From: Methanomassiliicoccales archaeon
Lineage (GTDB): Archaea; Thermoplasmatota; Thermoplasmata; SG8-5
DNA length: 53,787 bases
Reading direction: 5' to 3'
Assembly (NCBI GenBank): GCA_030612505.1
Contig: JAUWNU010000002.1
Span: 1 to 53,787 of the forward strand
Shown here: positions 35,048 through 44,133 of the stretch, one piece after another
Layout: every line of letters begins with the position of its first letter
Numbering within the stretch: the stretch's first letter is position 1
Notes under the pieces: model-generated
Database searches by the model: none
What the model was told of the DNA's origin: nothing
Seen by the model: only the letters and a program-made list of their open reading frames with translations
Position numbers and translations under genes: made by a program

Positions 35048-35104
35048 TCGTCTGTTTAAATTGGCACTTTTTTGTTATATTTAATGTAATATATATTTAA
35101 TAGG

Positions 35105-36250
35105 TTATTTTGTTAAAACTATGCCAAGTATCATAAACCCGGAAACAGCATAGGCCAGTCTCACATCTCCAGTGGTAAACAGCACAATGGCGCAAAGCAC
35201 CGCGCCTAAAATTCTACCGGTGTTCAGCAGCAATTCCCTGGTTAAAGATAAAGAAGTTTTCTGCTTTTCCATACGGTCGCTAGCCATGGCAAAAAGTAAT
35301 ATTGGAATCATGGGCAGTACAAGGTATAGTCCGCATATTAGAATCAGGAACCATGCAAGGTCCGGAGCTATGGATACAAGCATGACAAGCGGCGCAGCCA
35401 GTAATGCGGCAATTTGGACATATCTATGCCTTTTACCTTTTTTATCGGATACTCTGGCAACAATAATAGAGGCAATTCCGCCGGCCAGGGCAAATAGTGC
35501 GAAAACATAGCCCAGATTAGCTTCTCCCTCAATAAAAATCATTGAAATCAGAGGAATAGTGGTGAACCAGATGCCTTCCTGGCCTCCTTCGAAGAAAAAG
35601 CCTGCTGCAAGTCTTGGCTTCATTCTTTTTAATGTCAGGCGGCCTTTCATTGGTTTTGAAACAGTGTTCGGGCTGATGATTATCAGTATAGCATTGCTCA
35701 GAAGCGCTATAAATGCGCATCCGAATAGAAAGACATATCCCAGACCGTCAATAAGATAACCGCCGATTATAGGGCTTATAAGGCCTATTATCGGGAACAC
35801 CAGAAAGAAGTATCCGATGCTTTCCCCGCGATTTTGCTTGCTGGTGGTGCGGAGCATCAGCACATTGAATGGAACCCAGAAGCATACTATGTAAAACCCG
35901 AAGAATATTGGAGCAACAAATAGCAGCCAGTACCCCTCCATAAAAGTAAAGCTCAGATAAAACAAACTCACTGTAATCATGCCCAGGGCCATCCATCTCT
36001 TTGGACGGCCGAAGCCCCTTTTTGCGAATACCAGGCACAGAATACTGGCAGTTATGAACCCGATTAAATAGAATAGGGATGCCTCGAAAACAGAAAATCC
36101 TGTGTTCACCAAATATACAATACTAAAAACACCGGCCAGAGTTCCTGCCAGTGTCACAAGCGATTCAATTGTTATTAGATGGGCAATGTCCTTGCGCATG
36201 AGGCGGGATTGCCTGGCAGTATATCTAAATATGCGGTATGGTATTTCCAA
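35105..36250 (-). CDS. MFS-type transporter
   Basis: 381 aa with ~10-12 hydrophobic helices and an MFS-like loop motif (ARVSDKKGKR). Confidence 0.8.
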   Translation of the reverse strand: MEIPYRIFRYTARQSRLMRKDIAHLITIESLVTLAGTLAGVFSIVYLVNTGFSVFEASLFYLIGFITASILCLVFAKRGFGRPKRWMALGMITVSLFYLSFTFMEGYWLLFVAPIFFGFYIVCFWVPFNVLMLRTTSKQNRGESIGYFFLVFPIIGLISPIIGGYLIDGLGYVFLFGCAFIALLSNAILIIISPNTVSKPMKGRLTLKRMKPRLAAGFFFEGGQEGIWFTTIPLISMIFIEGEANLGYVFALFALAGGIASIIVARVSDKKGKRHRYVQIAALLAAPLVMLVSIAPDLAWFLILICGLYLVLPMIPILLFAMASDRMEKQKTSLSLTRELLLNTGRILGAVLCAIVLFTTGDVRLAYAVSGFMILGIVLTK

Positions 36251-36476
36251 TCATGAGCTGCCACTTTTTTCTTTTTACTGCTCACTGCGCTGGCTCACCC
36301 TCCTGCGTCAAACCAGGGTTTGACAAAATAGATGCGTCCTGGGAAGTTTGGCCAACGCATCTAAAAAAGAAAAAAGACGGACAAAATAAGAAAACTCGGG
36401 TGAGCATGCTCGTTCGCAGAAGTGGTTGTTTCCCAAATTCATTAATAGGCTTAATCTCAATTACTAGTTGATATAA

Positions 36477-36836
36477 ATGAGCTGCCTCAATGAACTCTTC
36501 CAGCCAATATGCCAGGAAGTGCAAACCCAGTTGAAGAAGTATCTCAGCGGCATCTTAACTGCTGGCTTCATCAAACCATACATGCCGCAGCACTGGGTGT
36601 TTATCACAGAGCAGGAAACCATCACTTTCATGGTTGACAAGAAGGGCAATACCTCGGTGGAAGATGGGGAAAGTGAAACACCGGACGTAACAATAAAAAT
36701 TGACCATGATTTTCTCTGCCAGGCCCTGAAGACTCGGGAAAAGCCGGACTTTGAGCCGAAACATTTTGATATTAGTTTTCAGACGAAGAAGGGTGAGACT
36801 GCGTTTGGGTATTTGAGAAAGCATCTGGGGCTTTAG
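36477..36836 (+). CDS. Hypothetical protein, possibly SCP2-like
   Basis: ITFMVDKKGNTSVEDGESETPDVTIKIDHDFLCQAL resembles the SCP2 sterol-carrier fold pattern (weak). Confidence 0.45.
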   Translation: MSCLNELFQPICQEVQTQLKKYLSGILTAGFIKPYMPQHWVFITEQETITFMVDKKGNTSVEDGESETPDVTIKIDHDFLCQALKTREKPDFEPKHFDISFQTKKGETAFGYLRKHLGL

Positions 36837-37123
36837 AAATATGCTTTCTCCACTATACTGTCAGATAGTTGAATGCAACTTGCAACATTAATTAACAGAG
36901 CATTCGACAATGGCATGAAAACGAATGAAAGATAAATCAAATACCATACTACTCGCAACATATTCACAGCAATCGTTGGATTCGATAGTTAAATCAAATT
37001 AGATATAGAATCCGACCTGATTGAGCAATTTCCCAATAAACATAATCAAAAAATTCCGTAATCTCGTAACCAGCATTCTAAAGACAAAGAGATTATGGTG
37101 AGAAAACATTTGGGGCTTTGAAA

Positions 37124-37206
37124 GTACTTTCGCTGACCCAAAATTCCAGTTTATATACATCAATTATCTATTATTAATTGATGGTTGCACTGGACAAGAT
37201 AGCAAG
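37124..37206 (+). repeat. Direct repeat copy 1: duplicated promoter, 5' hairpin and first 8 codons of the radical-SAM gene
   Basis: gtactttcgctgacccaaaattccagTTTATATAcatcaatta...taattgATGgttgcactggacaagatagcaag. The first 43 nt are identical to 38277-38319. TATA at 37150-37157 and ATG at 37181. Confidence 0.85.
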
Positions 37207-37302
37207 ACTGGCCAATTCATTAATGCCTACTCTATTGACGTATGGCCACGCCCCCATTGGATTTTAGAAAGATTTAAATAAAATTGTGGCCATACAGGGT
37301 AT

Positions 37303-38238
37303 ATGGTGAGCATAGAAAAGATAAAAAGAGGCGATAAAACATATTTCTATATCAGCAAGAATTTTAGAACAGACAAGAATAAATGGAAAAAGATACGAAA
37401 GTATGTGGGAAATGAGGAGCCAACAAAGGAACTGGTAGCAAAGATAGCAAAAGACATAGAGGAAGAAGCAAAGGCACTGGGCCTGATAAAGGAGTTGCAG
37501 GAATTCAAATATATCACCGACCATGAGGCCGAAGTTCTGGAGGATGTAAGGCAGGATTACATGGGGTGGTGGAATACCTTGCCCGACGAGTCAAAGAAGA
37601 AGTATCTCGATGATTTTCTGGTCCGATTCACTTACAACTCAAATGCAATAGAGGGCAATACATTGAGCCTGAGAGATACGCATTTGATACTGCAGGACAA
37701 TATAATTCCCACAGATGCGACAAGCTATGAGTATCACGAGGTCGTTAATAGCAGAAAATGCATGGATTTTGTAAAAAAATACTCCGGCGATCTGAACAAG
37801 ACCTTCGTTCTCAAAGTACATTTATTATTGAGTGAAAATACCTCGATAAAAATGACTGGCAAATACAGGGACCATGATGTTATCATAGGCGGTTCCGAGC
37901 ATATTCCCCCGCCATACATGGAAGTCCAGAAATTGATGGATAGTTTCTTTGTATGGTACAATAATAACAAGAAAAAGCTGCATCCTTTGGAATTGGCCTG
38001 TCTGGTTCACACAAAGTTCGTAAGGATACATCCATTTAGTGATGGCAATGGAAGAACATCAAGGGTTCTGACCAATTTTATACTTTATAAATACGGATAT
38101 CCCATGTTCATCATCGAGAACAAAAACAGAAATATTTACTACAAGGCCCTGGAATCATCGGACAGTGGAGATGAGCGGACATTTGTAAAGTTCATATTCG
38201 ATAATTTGATTGGCCAGCTCAAGGAAAGGGTGGCATAA
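37303..38238 (+). CDS. fic: Fic/DOC-family protein (AMPylase-type)
   Basis: Canonical HPFxxGNGR motif appears as HPFSDGNGRTSR. N-terminal wHTH-like segment. Confidence 0.9.
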   Translation: MVSIEKIKRGDKTYFYISKNFRTDKNKWKKIRKYVGNEEPTKELVAKIAKDIEEEAKALGLIKELQEFKYITDHEAEVLEDVRQDYMGWWNTLPDESKKKYLDDFLVRFTYNSNAIEGNTLSLRDTHLILQDNIIPTDATSYEYHEVVNSRKCMDFVKKYSGDLNKTFVLKVHLLLSENTSIKMTGKYRDHDVIIGGSEHIPPPYMEVQKLMDSFFVWYNNNKKKLHPLELACLVHTKFVRIHPFSDGNGRTSRVLTNFILYKYGYPMFIIENKNRNIYYKALESSDSGDERTFVKFIFDNLIGQLKERVA

Positions 38239-38276
38239 TTAATATCTTATTATAAACAATGAAATTGTGGTGTTTA

Positions 38277-38360
38277 GTACTTTCGCTGACCCAAAATTCC
38301 AGTTTATATACATCAATTAACTACAGTAAATTGATGGTTGCACTCGATAAGATAGCAAAG
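38277..38360 (+). repeat. Direct repeat copy 2 (native promoter and start of the radical-SAM gene)
   Basis: See 37124..37206. TATA at 38303-38310 and ATG at 38334. Confidence 0.85.
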
Positions 38361-39557
38361 TTGGCAGTAGGCAGTCAATTCGACACCACTGGCCCTGATA
38401 TTTATTCCAGCCCTATCGATTTAAAAAAGGTTGATATTCTGGGGCAGGGAACAAAGCATGATACCTGCGCTTCCACTGCCTCAAAGCGGAAAGTGCAAGA
38501 GTCACCTGGCAGGATTGGTGACGTAATGTCATCAGGCATATGCCATGCCTTTGCTCCAGACGGCCGCTGCGTGTCGCTGTTCAAAACTCTATTCACGAAT
38601 GCGTGCCAGCATAATTGTTCGTATTGTCCAAATAGCACTAAAAGTTCCGGCGCTGGGATTGTGAGTTATACTCCCGAGGAACTGGCCAGGATTACTATCC
38701 AGCTCTACCGGGCCAATACCATTGAAGGGCTTTTTCTGAGTTCTGGGGTGGCCGGAGATGAAACAAAGATGATGGACCAGATGATTGAGGCAGTAGAATT
38801 ATTGCGGCATAAATATAATTTTGCAGGATATATTCATTTGAAGATACTGCCAGGTACTTCCCACAGCCACATAAAACATGCCATGGAACTGGTTGATAGA
38901 GTTAGTTTGAATATTGAAAGTCCCAGCAAGAGCCACATGCATGAGCTTTCCAGCACGAAAGATTATCAAAACGACATTTTGCAGCGCCAGAGGTATATCC
39001 GCGATCTGGTTTCAAAAGACCGGCTTCCGGCAGGCCAGACAACTCAATTCATTGTTGGCGCCGCAGATGAATCTGACAAGGAAATATTCACCCGGATGTT
39101 GTATGAGTACAATGTCATGAACCTGAAAAGGCAGTACTTTGCTGCCTTTCAATCAGTGAATGGCACAGAACTTGAAAAGAACAAGTCACAGCCAAGATGG
39201 CGCGAGAATCGCCTTTATCAGATTGACTGGCTTCATAGAATTTACAAGTTTGATAGAAAGGAAATGAATTTTGCTTTCAATGATGATGGCTTTCTGGGAA
39301 ACAGAGATCCAAAATGGACAATCGCAACAAATATTTTTGACGGGCCAGTGGATCCCAATACTGCAAGTCATGAGGAGCTTTTGAGAGTTCCAGGCATAGG
39401 CCCGAAAAGTGCGTATCGGATAGTTAATATCCGCAAGAAAGAGCCAATTGTGAAGAAAGTTCAATTGAAACGTATTGGCGTGAGAGTGAATCATGCAAGA
39501 ACATTCCTCAAGCTCAATGGCTGGCAGGATACTACTTTGAAGGGGTATTTGCAATGA
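38334..39557 (+). CDS. Putative DNA modification/repair radical SAM protein with C-terminal helix-hairpin-helix
   Basis: CQHNCSYC (CX3CX2C) and ELLRVPGIGPKSAYRIV (HhH). I preferred the ATG at 38334 because a TATA box sits ~25 nt upstream of it, inside the longer track ORF (38259). There is a 4-nt ATGA overlap with the next gene. Confidence 0.85.
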   Translation: MVALDKIAKLAVGSQFDTTGPDIYSSPIDLKKVDILGQGTKHDTCASTASKRKVQESPGRIGDVMSSGICHAFAPDGRCVSLFKTLFTNACQHNCSYCPNSTKSSGAGIVSYTPEELARITIQLYRANTIEGLFLSSGVAGDETKMMDQMIEAVELLRHKYNFAGYIHLKILPGTSHSHIKHAMELVDRVSLNIESPSKSHMHELSSTKDYQNDILQRQRYIRDLVSKDRLPAGQTTQFIVGAADESDKEIFTRMLYEYNVMNLKRQYFAAFQSVNGTELEKNKSQPRWRENRLYQIDWLHRIYKFDRKEMNFAFNDDGFLGNRDPKWTIATNIFDGPVDPNTASHEELLRVPGIGPKSAYRIVNIRKKEPIVKKVQLKRIGVRVNHARTFLKLNGWQDTTLKGYLQ

Positions 39558-40147
39558 GCCCATTTCCCACTAATTTTTTGAAAATACTGGAACTTCATGA
39601 AAAGTGCAATTCCACTGTTCTAAGAAAAGCATCTGATATCTGTCCAAATGATGTGGATATTTCCATGGACCCGGAGGTCATAAAAATTCGAAGAATGGTG
39701 AACAGCGTTCTCGGGGAGAACCATATGATGAAGTCCTTTGTGAGATTAAAGCCCCAGGGCCAGAAAGTATTATTCGGTTACATGAAGCCCCAGCATGATG
39801 TCTGGCTATTGGTTTCAACATTCTTTGCCCACCGTTTTCCTGATACTGTAATTGTTCTTGGAAATAATACCAAGAGCTGGGTAACTATCTATGACGGAAA
39901 CACCATAAAGCACTCCCAGGCAAAGTCCCTGACTAGTACTTTGAAAGAACTAGAAGACATCTTTGGGGAGAGTGACGTCGAAGAACCAAAGGAGCTATGG
40001 GATACATATTACTGGAGCCAGTACCGCCCAGAAGCTAAAAATACGAAATATTTCAAGCAGAATGTGCGGCAGAAGTACATGAAGGCAGTGGGACTTCATG
40101 CTGATACTGACAGCGGCCTCAAGACACTGGATGATTTTACTGATTAA
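39554..40147 (+). CDS. DUF4130-like partner of the DNA-repair radical SAM protein
   Basis: It is translationally coupled to the radical SAM gene. Size (~200 aa) and pattern MMKSFVRLKP...LFGYMKPQHDV...FFAHRF fit the family usually found in this pair (recognised from memory). Confidence 0.7.
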   Translation: MSPFPTNFLKILELHEKCNSTVLRKASDICPNDVDISMDPEVIKIRRMVNSVLGENHMMKSFVRLKPQGQKVLFGYMKPQHDVWLLVSTFFAHRFPDTVIVLGNNTKSWVTIYDGNTIKHSQAKSLTSTLKELEDIFGESDVEEPKELWDTYYWSQYRPEAKNTKYFKQNVRQKYMKAVGLHADTDSGLKTLDDFTD

Positions 40148-40149
40148 AT

Positions 40150-40599
40150 TTACCTCTTCAGCCTGTTAAAGAATTTACTCAGCTTGGTTCCTTTGGATAT
40201 GTGAACATATTCTTCCCATCTCTCCTGGGCTTTTGCATCCTCATCAGCGTCAAACCCATCCTCTGGAACTTCTTTCAGGCCCTGCAGTTCATCAGCATCC
40301 AGCCAGACCCCTCGGCATTTCAGGCAGACATCCACTTCTACGTCTTCTGCCTTCTCCAGGTCCATGAGATTTCTGCATCTGGGGCATATTAAGGGGCTGT
40401 GGGATTTGAGACCTATATCTTTCGTCAGGTAGTCAGTAACCTCTTTGTCCTTTATGAGCTTCTTCAGCTCTCCTCTATCCAGCCAGATACCATTGCATTT
40501 TGGGCAAATGTCTATTTCTATATTGGGGCCGAATATTTCCTCTTCCACAACTTTCATTTCCACCCAGCAGCGAGGGCATTCGATTTTCTCACTTGACAT
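40150..40599 (-). CDS. Double zinc-ribbon protein (two TFIIB-type zf units)
   Basis: CPRCWVEM...CPKCNGIWLDRGELKKL and CPRCRNLM...CLKCRGVWLDADELQGL. Confidence 0.7.
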   Translation of the reverse strand: MSSEKIECPRCWVEMKVVEEEIFGPNIEIDICPKCNGIWLDRGELKKLIKDKEVTDYLTKDIGLKSHSPLICPRCRNLMDLEKAEDVEVDVCLKCRGVWLDADELQGLKEVPEDGFDADEDAKAQERWEEYVHISKGTKLSKFFNRLKR

Positions 40600-40673
40600 G
40601 AGTGGGGGATGTGATGATATGATTAAGAAGTTTGTGGAATAATTTCATTAAATGCAAATGCTTCATAGGCGCA

Positions 40674-41261
40674 ATGGAGATTACCGAAACCTTGTATGTC
40701 AAAACCCGTAAGGAATTTCGCACATGGCTGAAAAAGAACCACGCCGCAAAAAAAGAAATCTGGCTTATTTACTACAAGAAACACACTAGCAAGCCAAGAA
40801 TTCCCTATGATGATGCAGTTGAGGAGGCCATTTGCTATGGGTGGATTGACAGCACTGTGAAGAGAATTGATGAGGAAAAGTACTGCCAGCGTTATACTCC
40901 CAGAAACAAAAAAAGTCAATGGTCTGCTCCAAATATTAAACGCTTAAAAATAATGCTGGACGCTAATAAAATGACTCAAGCTGGCCTGGAGAAAGTGCCA
41001 GATATAGTAATGGAAGCTGCCAGGACCGGAAATATCCAGCAAGTTGCGCCAATGATTCCAGATGACCTTGAACCGCCTGAAGAACTTTTGAAGGCACTGG
41101 CAGCCAATAAATTAGCACAGAAGAACTGGGATGATTTTACACAGTCCCGTCGCAAACAAATTATATGGTGGATAATGGATGCCAAGCGTGCTGAAACTGT
41201 GGAACGCCGTATTATCAAGGCAGTTCAGCTTGCCGAAGAAAATGTGAGAATCGCAATGTGA
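40674..41261 (+). CDS. YdeI/OmpD-associated family protein
   Basis: FRTWLKKNH...EIWLIYYKK...IPYDDAVEEAICYGWIDS...RYTPRNKKSQWS. I preferred the ATG at 40674. Confidence 0.65.
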   Translation: MEITETLYVKTRKEFRTWLKKNHAAKKEIWLIYYKKHTSKPRIPYDDAVEEAICYGWIDSTVKRIDEEKYCQRYTPRNKKSQWSAPNIKRLKIMLDANKMTQAGLEKVPDIVMEAARTGNIQQVAPMIPDDLEPPEELLKALAANKLAQKNWDDFTQSRRKQIIWWIMDAKRAETVERRIIKAVQLAEENVRIAM

Positions 41262-41265
41262 TATT

Positions 41266-43437
41266 ATGAAATTTCAGATGCCTGGCCTTATTGGCCGGAA
41301 GGAGGAGATGAAAACTCTAAACAATGCTCTGAGCCAGGCAGCCCAGGGTAAGGGCAGCACAATCATGCCATTGATAGGCCTGGAGAATAAGGGACTTGGG
41401 GAAATGCTGGACGAGATTTATCCTGGGCATTCATTCCCTGCCTCATTCACCAGCCAGATAATTCAACAATGCGATGGCAATCCATTTTTCTTTCTTGAAT
41501 TACTGCGGCAGATCTGGGTGGACGGAAATGTAATCCAAGAGAATGGCAAGTTCAGCCTGGTTGACCATACTTATGCGGTACCTGCCTCGATTGAGGATAT
41601 TATTTTGAAGAGACTGGCTAGTCTGGATTCACAGGCAATGTCCCTGGCAGAATATTCTTCCTGCATTGGAAGGACATTCAGGCGTGAAGAGGCAATGTCT
41701 ATTGAAAGTGTTAGGGAACCGGAAATAACCATTCAAAAATTAATTGACAGTGGAATAGTCCTGTCAAATAATGGAACAATAGAGTTCAGCCATGCAATAT
41801 TTCAGGATGTGATATATTCTGGAATAACTGGACGATGGAAAATGGCCTATCACAAACATCTTGGAGAATTCTACGAATCAAGTTTTGAGGAGCGTCCTTC
41901 GGAAGTTATCTATCAACTGGCTAGACATTTCTTCAGAAGCAGGGAGCATGATAAGGCATTCAAGTACTGCATTGGTGCCGGAGAGAAGGCAGAAAGTGCA
42001 TTTGCAGCCGAACAGGCACTTAATTTTTACAATGATGCTTATTCACTAATTTCGAAGCTCAGGGATGCTGGCAAGATAGCAGATGCAGAAAAATTCCTTC
42101 CTGTACGGCTGGGAGACCTTCTTAATTTCACAGGTCAACTTGACAATGCTCTTGAGAATTATGAGCTGGCACTCACAAAGGAAAATGATGCCAGGAAGAA
42201 GGCATCAATTTTTAGAAAGATTGCCGAGGTTAATTATCGCAGGGGAGAATACGAAAAAAGTCGCAGGGCAAGCGATTCTGGCCTTGAAATTCTGGATGGC
42301 CAGATATGCGTGGAAGCCGAAAAACTTTACAGCACCCTTGGCTGGACTTACATAAGAACTGGCAGGCATGTGGAAGCCCTTGAGCTCCTAAAAAAAGGTC
42401 TTGAAATTGCCACTGAATGTGATGATAAGGAAGGCATAGCCAGTGTTGAACATAATATGGGGAGTGTCATGCTGCATAAGGGCCAGTATGAGAAAGCTAT
42501 AGCTCATTTTGATAAGGCACTAGCCATCCGTGAGGAAATTAATGATGTCTGGCATAAATCATCAAGTTTGAACAATCTGGGAAACAGTTACATGGGCCTG
42601 GGGGACATGATGAAGGCCCTGGAATACTATGAAATGAGCGTTGAGAATTCCCGAACCATTGGGGATAATCGTGCTCTTTCCATATCACTTACAAACATGG
42701 GCAATGTTCTTGCCTGCCTGGGAGACCTAAATAAGGCAATGGACCATTATGTCCAGAGTCATGAATTGAAGGTGAAATTTGACGATAAGTGGGGTATCAG
42801 CACAATTCTGGAGAATATTGGCACATTGCATTTCGCCTTCGGAGATATGGATAAGGCCCTTGAGTATTATCAAGAAAGCCTTGCCATAAGAGAGAAAATA
42901 AATGATGTGTCTGGAGTATCTTTATCTCATATCAATATTGGAGAAACATATCATTACACCGATGAGCCTGCAAAGGCATATGAACATTATACCCAGGCAA
43001 TTGAGATTGCCACGGAAATTGACGAAAAATGGCTTGTGATAGTTGCAAATTATCGGATTGCTGAGTCATTGCTAGCTCTGGGAAAGATGGAAGATGCCCA
43101 CAAGTATGCAAACCTCGCACTGGAAACATCCATTGAAACCAATTCAAAATCCGAGGAGGCCAGGAGCCGCCAGGTACTTGCAAACATTCACAAAGTTGAG
43201 GGGAATTATGAACTTGCCCTTGCAGAGTTTGACCGGGCCAGGATCATTTATGACGAAACCCTGGAAAAGGGAGAGCAGGCCAAAATAGTCTATGACTATG
43301 GATTACTGCATCTGGAAATGGGCGAAGTTGATACTGCAAAGCAAGAATTAAATCAGGCCCTGAAGCTCTTTCATGAGGCTGGCGGGAAGTTCTTTGCCGA
43401 TAAATGCCAGAAGACGCTTGATGAACTGAAAAATTAA
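41266..43437 (+). CDS. TPR-repeat protein derived from a STAND (AAA_16-type) NTPase but lacking the P-loop core
   Basis: N-terminal LIGRKEEMKTLNNALSQAAQGKGSTIM (the pre-Walker-A segment) runs directly into the post-NTPase helical region (CDGNPFFFLELLRQI...ILKRLASLD). About 10 TPR units follow. Confidence 0.8.
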   Translation: MKFQMPGLIGRKEEMKTLNNALSQAAQGKGSTIMPLIGLENKGLGEMLDEIYPGHSFPASFTSQIIQQCDGNPFFFLELLRQIWVDGNVIQENGKFSLVDHTYAVPASIEDIILKRLASLDSQAMSLAEYSSCIGRTFRREEAMSIESVREPEITIQKLIDSGIVLSNNGTIEFSHAIFQDVIYSGITGRWKMAYHKHLGEFYESSFEERPSEVIYQLARHFFRSREHDKAFKYCIGAGEKAESAFAAEQALNFYNDAYSLISKLRDAGKIADAEKFLPVRLGDLLNFTGQLDNALENYELALTKENDARKKASIFRKIAEVNYRRGEYEKSRRASDSGLEILDGQICVEAEKLYSTLGWTYIRTGRHVEALELLKKGLEIATECDDKEGIASVEHNMGSVMLHKGQYEKAIAHFDKALAIREEINDVWHKSSSLNNLGNSYMGLGDMMKALEYYEMSVENSRTIGDNRALSISLTNMGNVLACLGDLNKAMDHYVQSHELKVKFDDKWGISTILENIGTLHFAFGDMDKALEYYQESLAIREKINDVSGVSLSHINIGETYHYTDEPAKAYEHYTQAIEIATEIDEKWLVIVANYRIAESLLALGKMEDAHKYANLALETSIETNSKSEEARSRQVLANIHKVEGNYELALAEFDRARIIYDETLEKGEQAKIVYDYGLLHLEMGEVDTAKQELNQALKLFHEAGGKFFADKCQKTLDELKN

Positions 43438-43447
43438 ATGTGAGGGT

Positions 43448-44131
43448 ATGAATAAAAATAATATTATAAAAAAGATTAAATCTTTAAAAAGCCAGAAGAA
43501 CATAGACGGCATGGCCAGGTTCGGAATTAATCCCCGAAATAATTACGGTGTTTCAATTTCAGTTCTAAGGCCCATGGGCAAGGAAATTGGCAAGAACCAT
43601 GAACTTGCCATGGAATTGTGGGATACAGATATTCATGATGCAAGATTACTGGCAACTGTCATAGGTGAGCCCGAGAAACTTACCGAGACCCAGATGGAAA
43701 AGATGGTAAAGGATTTTGACTCCTGGGATATTTGCGATGGAGTATGTTCCGGTCTATTCCGACATCATCCCCTGGCCTATGAAAAAGCAATTGAATGGAG
43801 TACCAGAGAGCCAGAGTTTGAAAAACGGACTGCATTTTCCCTCATGGCCACACTTGTGGTTATCGATAAAAAAGCATCAGACTCGAAGTTTGAGCAATTT
43901 CTCCCAATCATAAAAAGAGAAGCTATTGATGAAAGAAATTATGTTAAAAAAGCAGTAAACTGGGCCCTTCGTGGCATTGGAAAACGCAATCTGGCCTTGA
44001 ACAAAAAGGCATTGAAGGTCGCAAAACAATTGCAGAAGTCAAAGTCAAAATCAGCTAGATGGGTGGGAAATGATGCTGTTCGAGAACTGGAAAGTGAAAA
44101 GGTTCAGGAAAGGCTGGTCAGTAAGAAATAA
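43448..44131 (+). CDS. DNA alkylation repair protein (AlkD-like HEAT-repeat family)
   Basis: GMARFGINPRNNYGVSISVLRPMGKEIGKNHELAMELWDTDIHDARLLAT and KKAVNWALRGIGK. Confidence 0.7.
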   Translation: MNKNNIIKKIKSLKSQKNIDGMARFGINPRNNYGVSISVLRPMGKEIGKNHELAMELWDTDIHDARLLATVIGEPEKLTETQMEKMVKDFDSWDICDGVCSGLFRHHPLAYEKAIEWSTREPEFEKRTAFSLMATLVVIDKKASDSKFEQFLPIIKREAIDERNYVKKAVNWALRGIGKRNLALNKKALKVAKQLQKSKSKSARWVGNDAVRELESEKVQERLVSKK

Positions 44132-44133
44132 TA

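Noticed and set aside
38259-38333. Longer N-terminus (MKLWCLVLSL...) for the radical SAM protein
   Set aside because: This stretch contains the duplicated TATA box and hairpin that also occur upstream of fic. The promoter inside it argues for the ATG at 38334.
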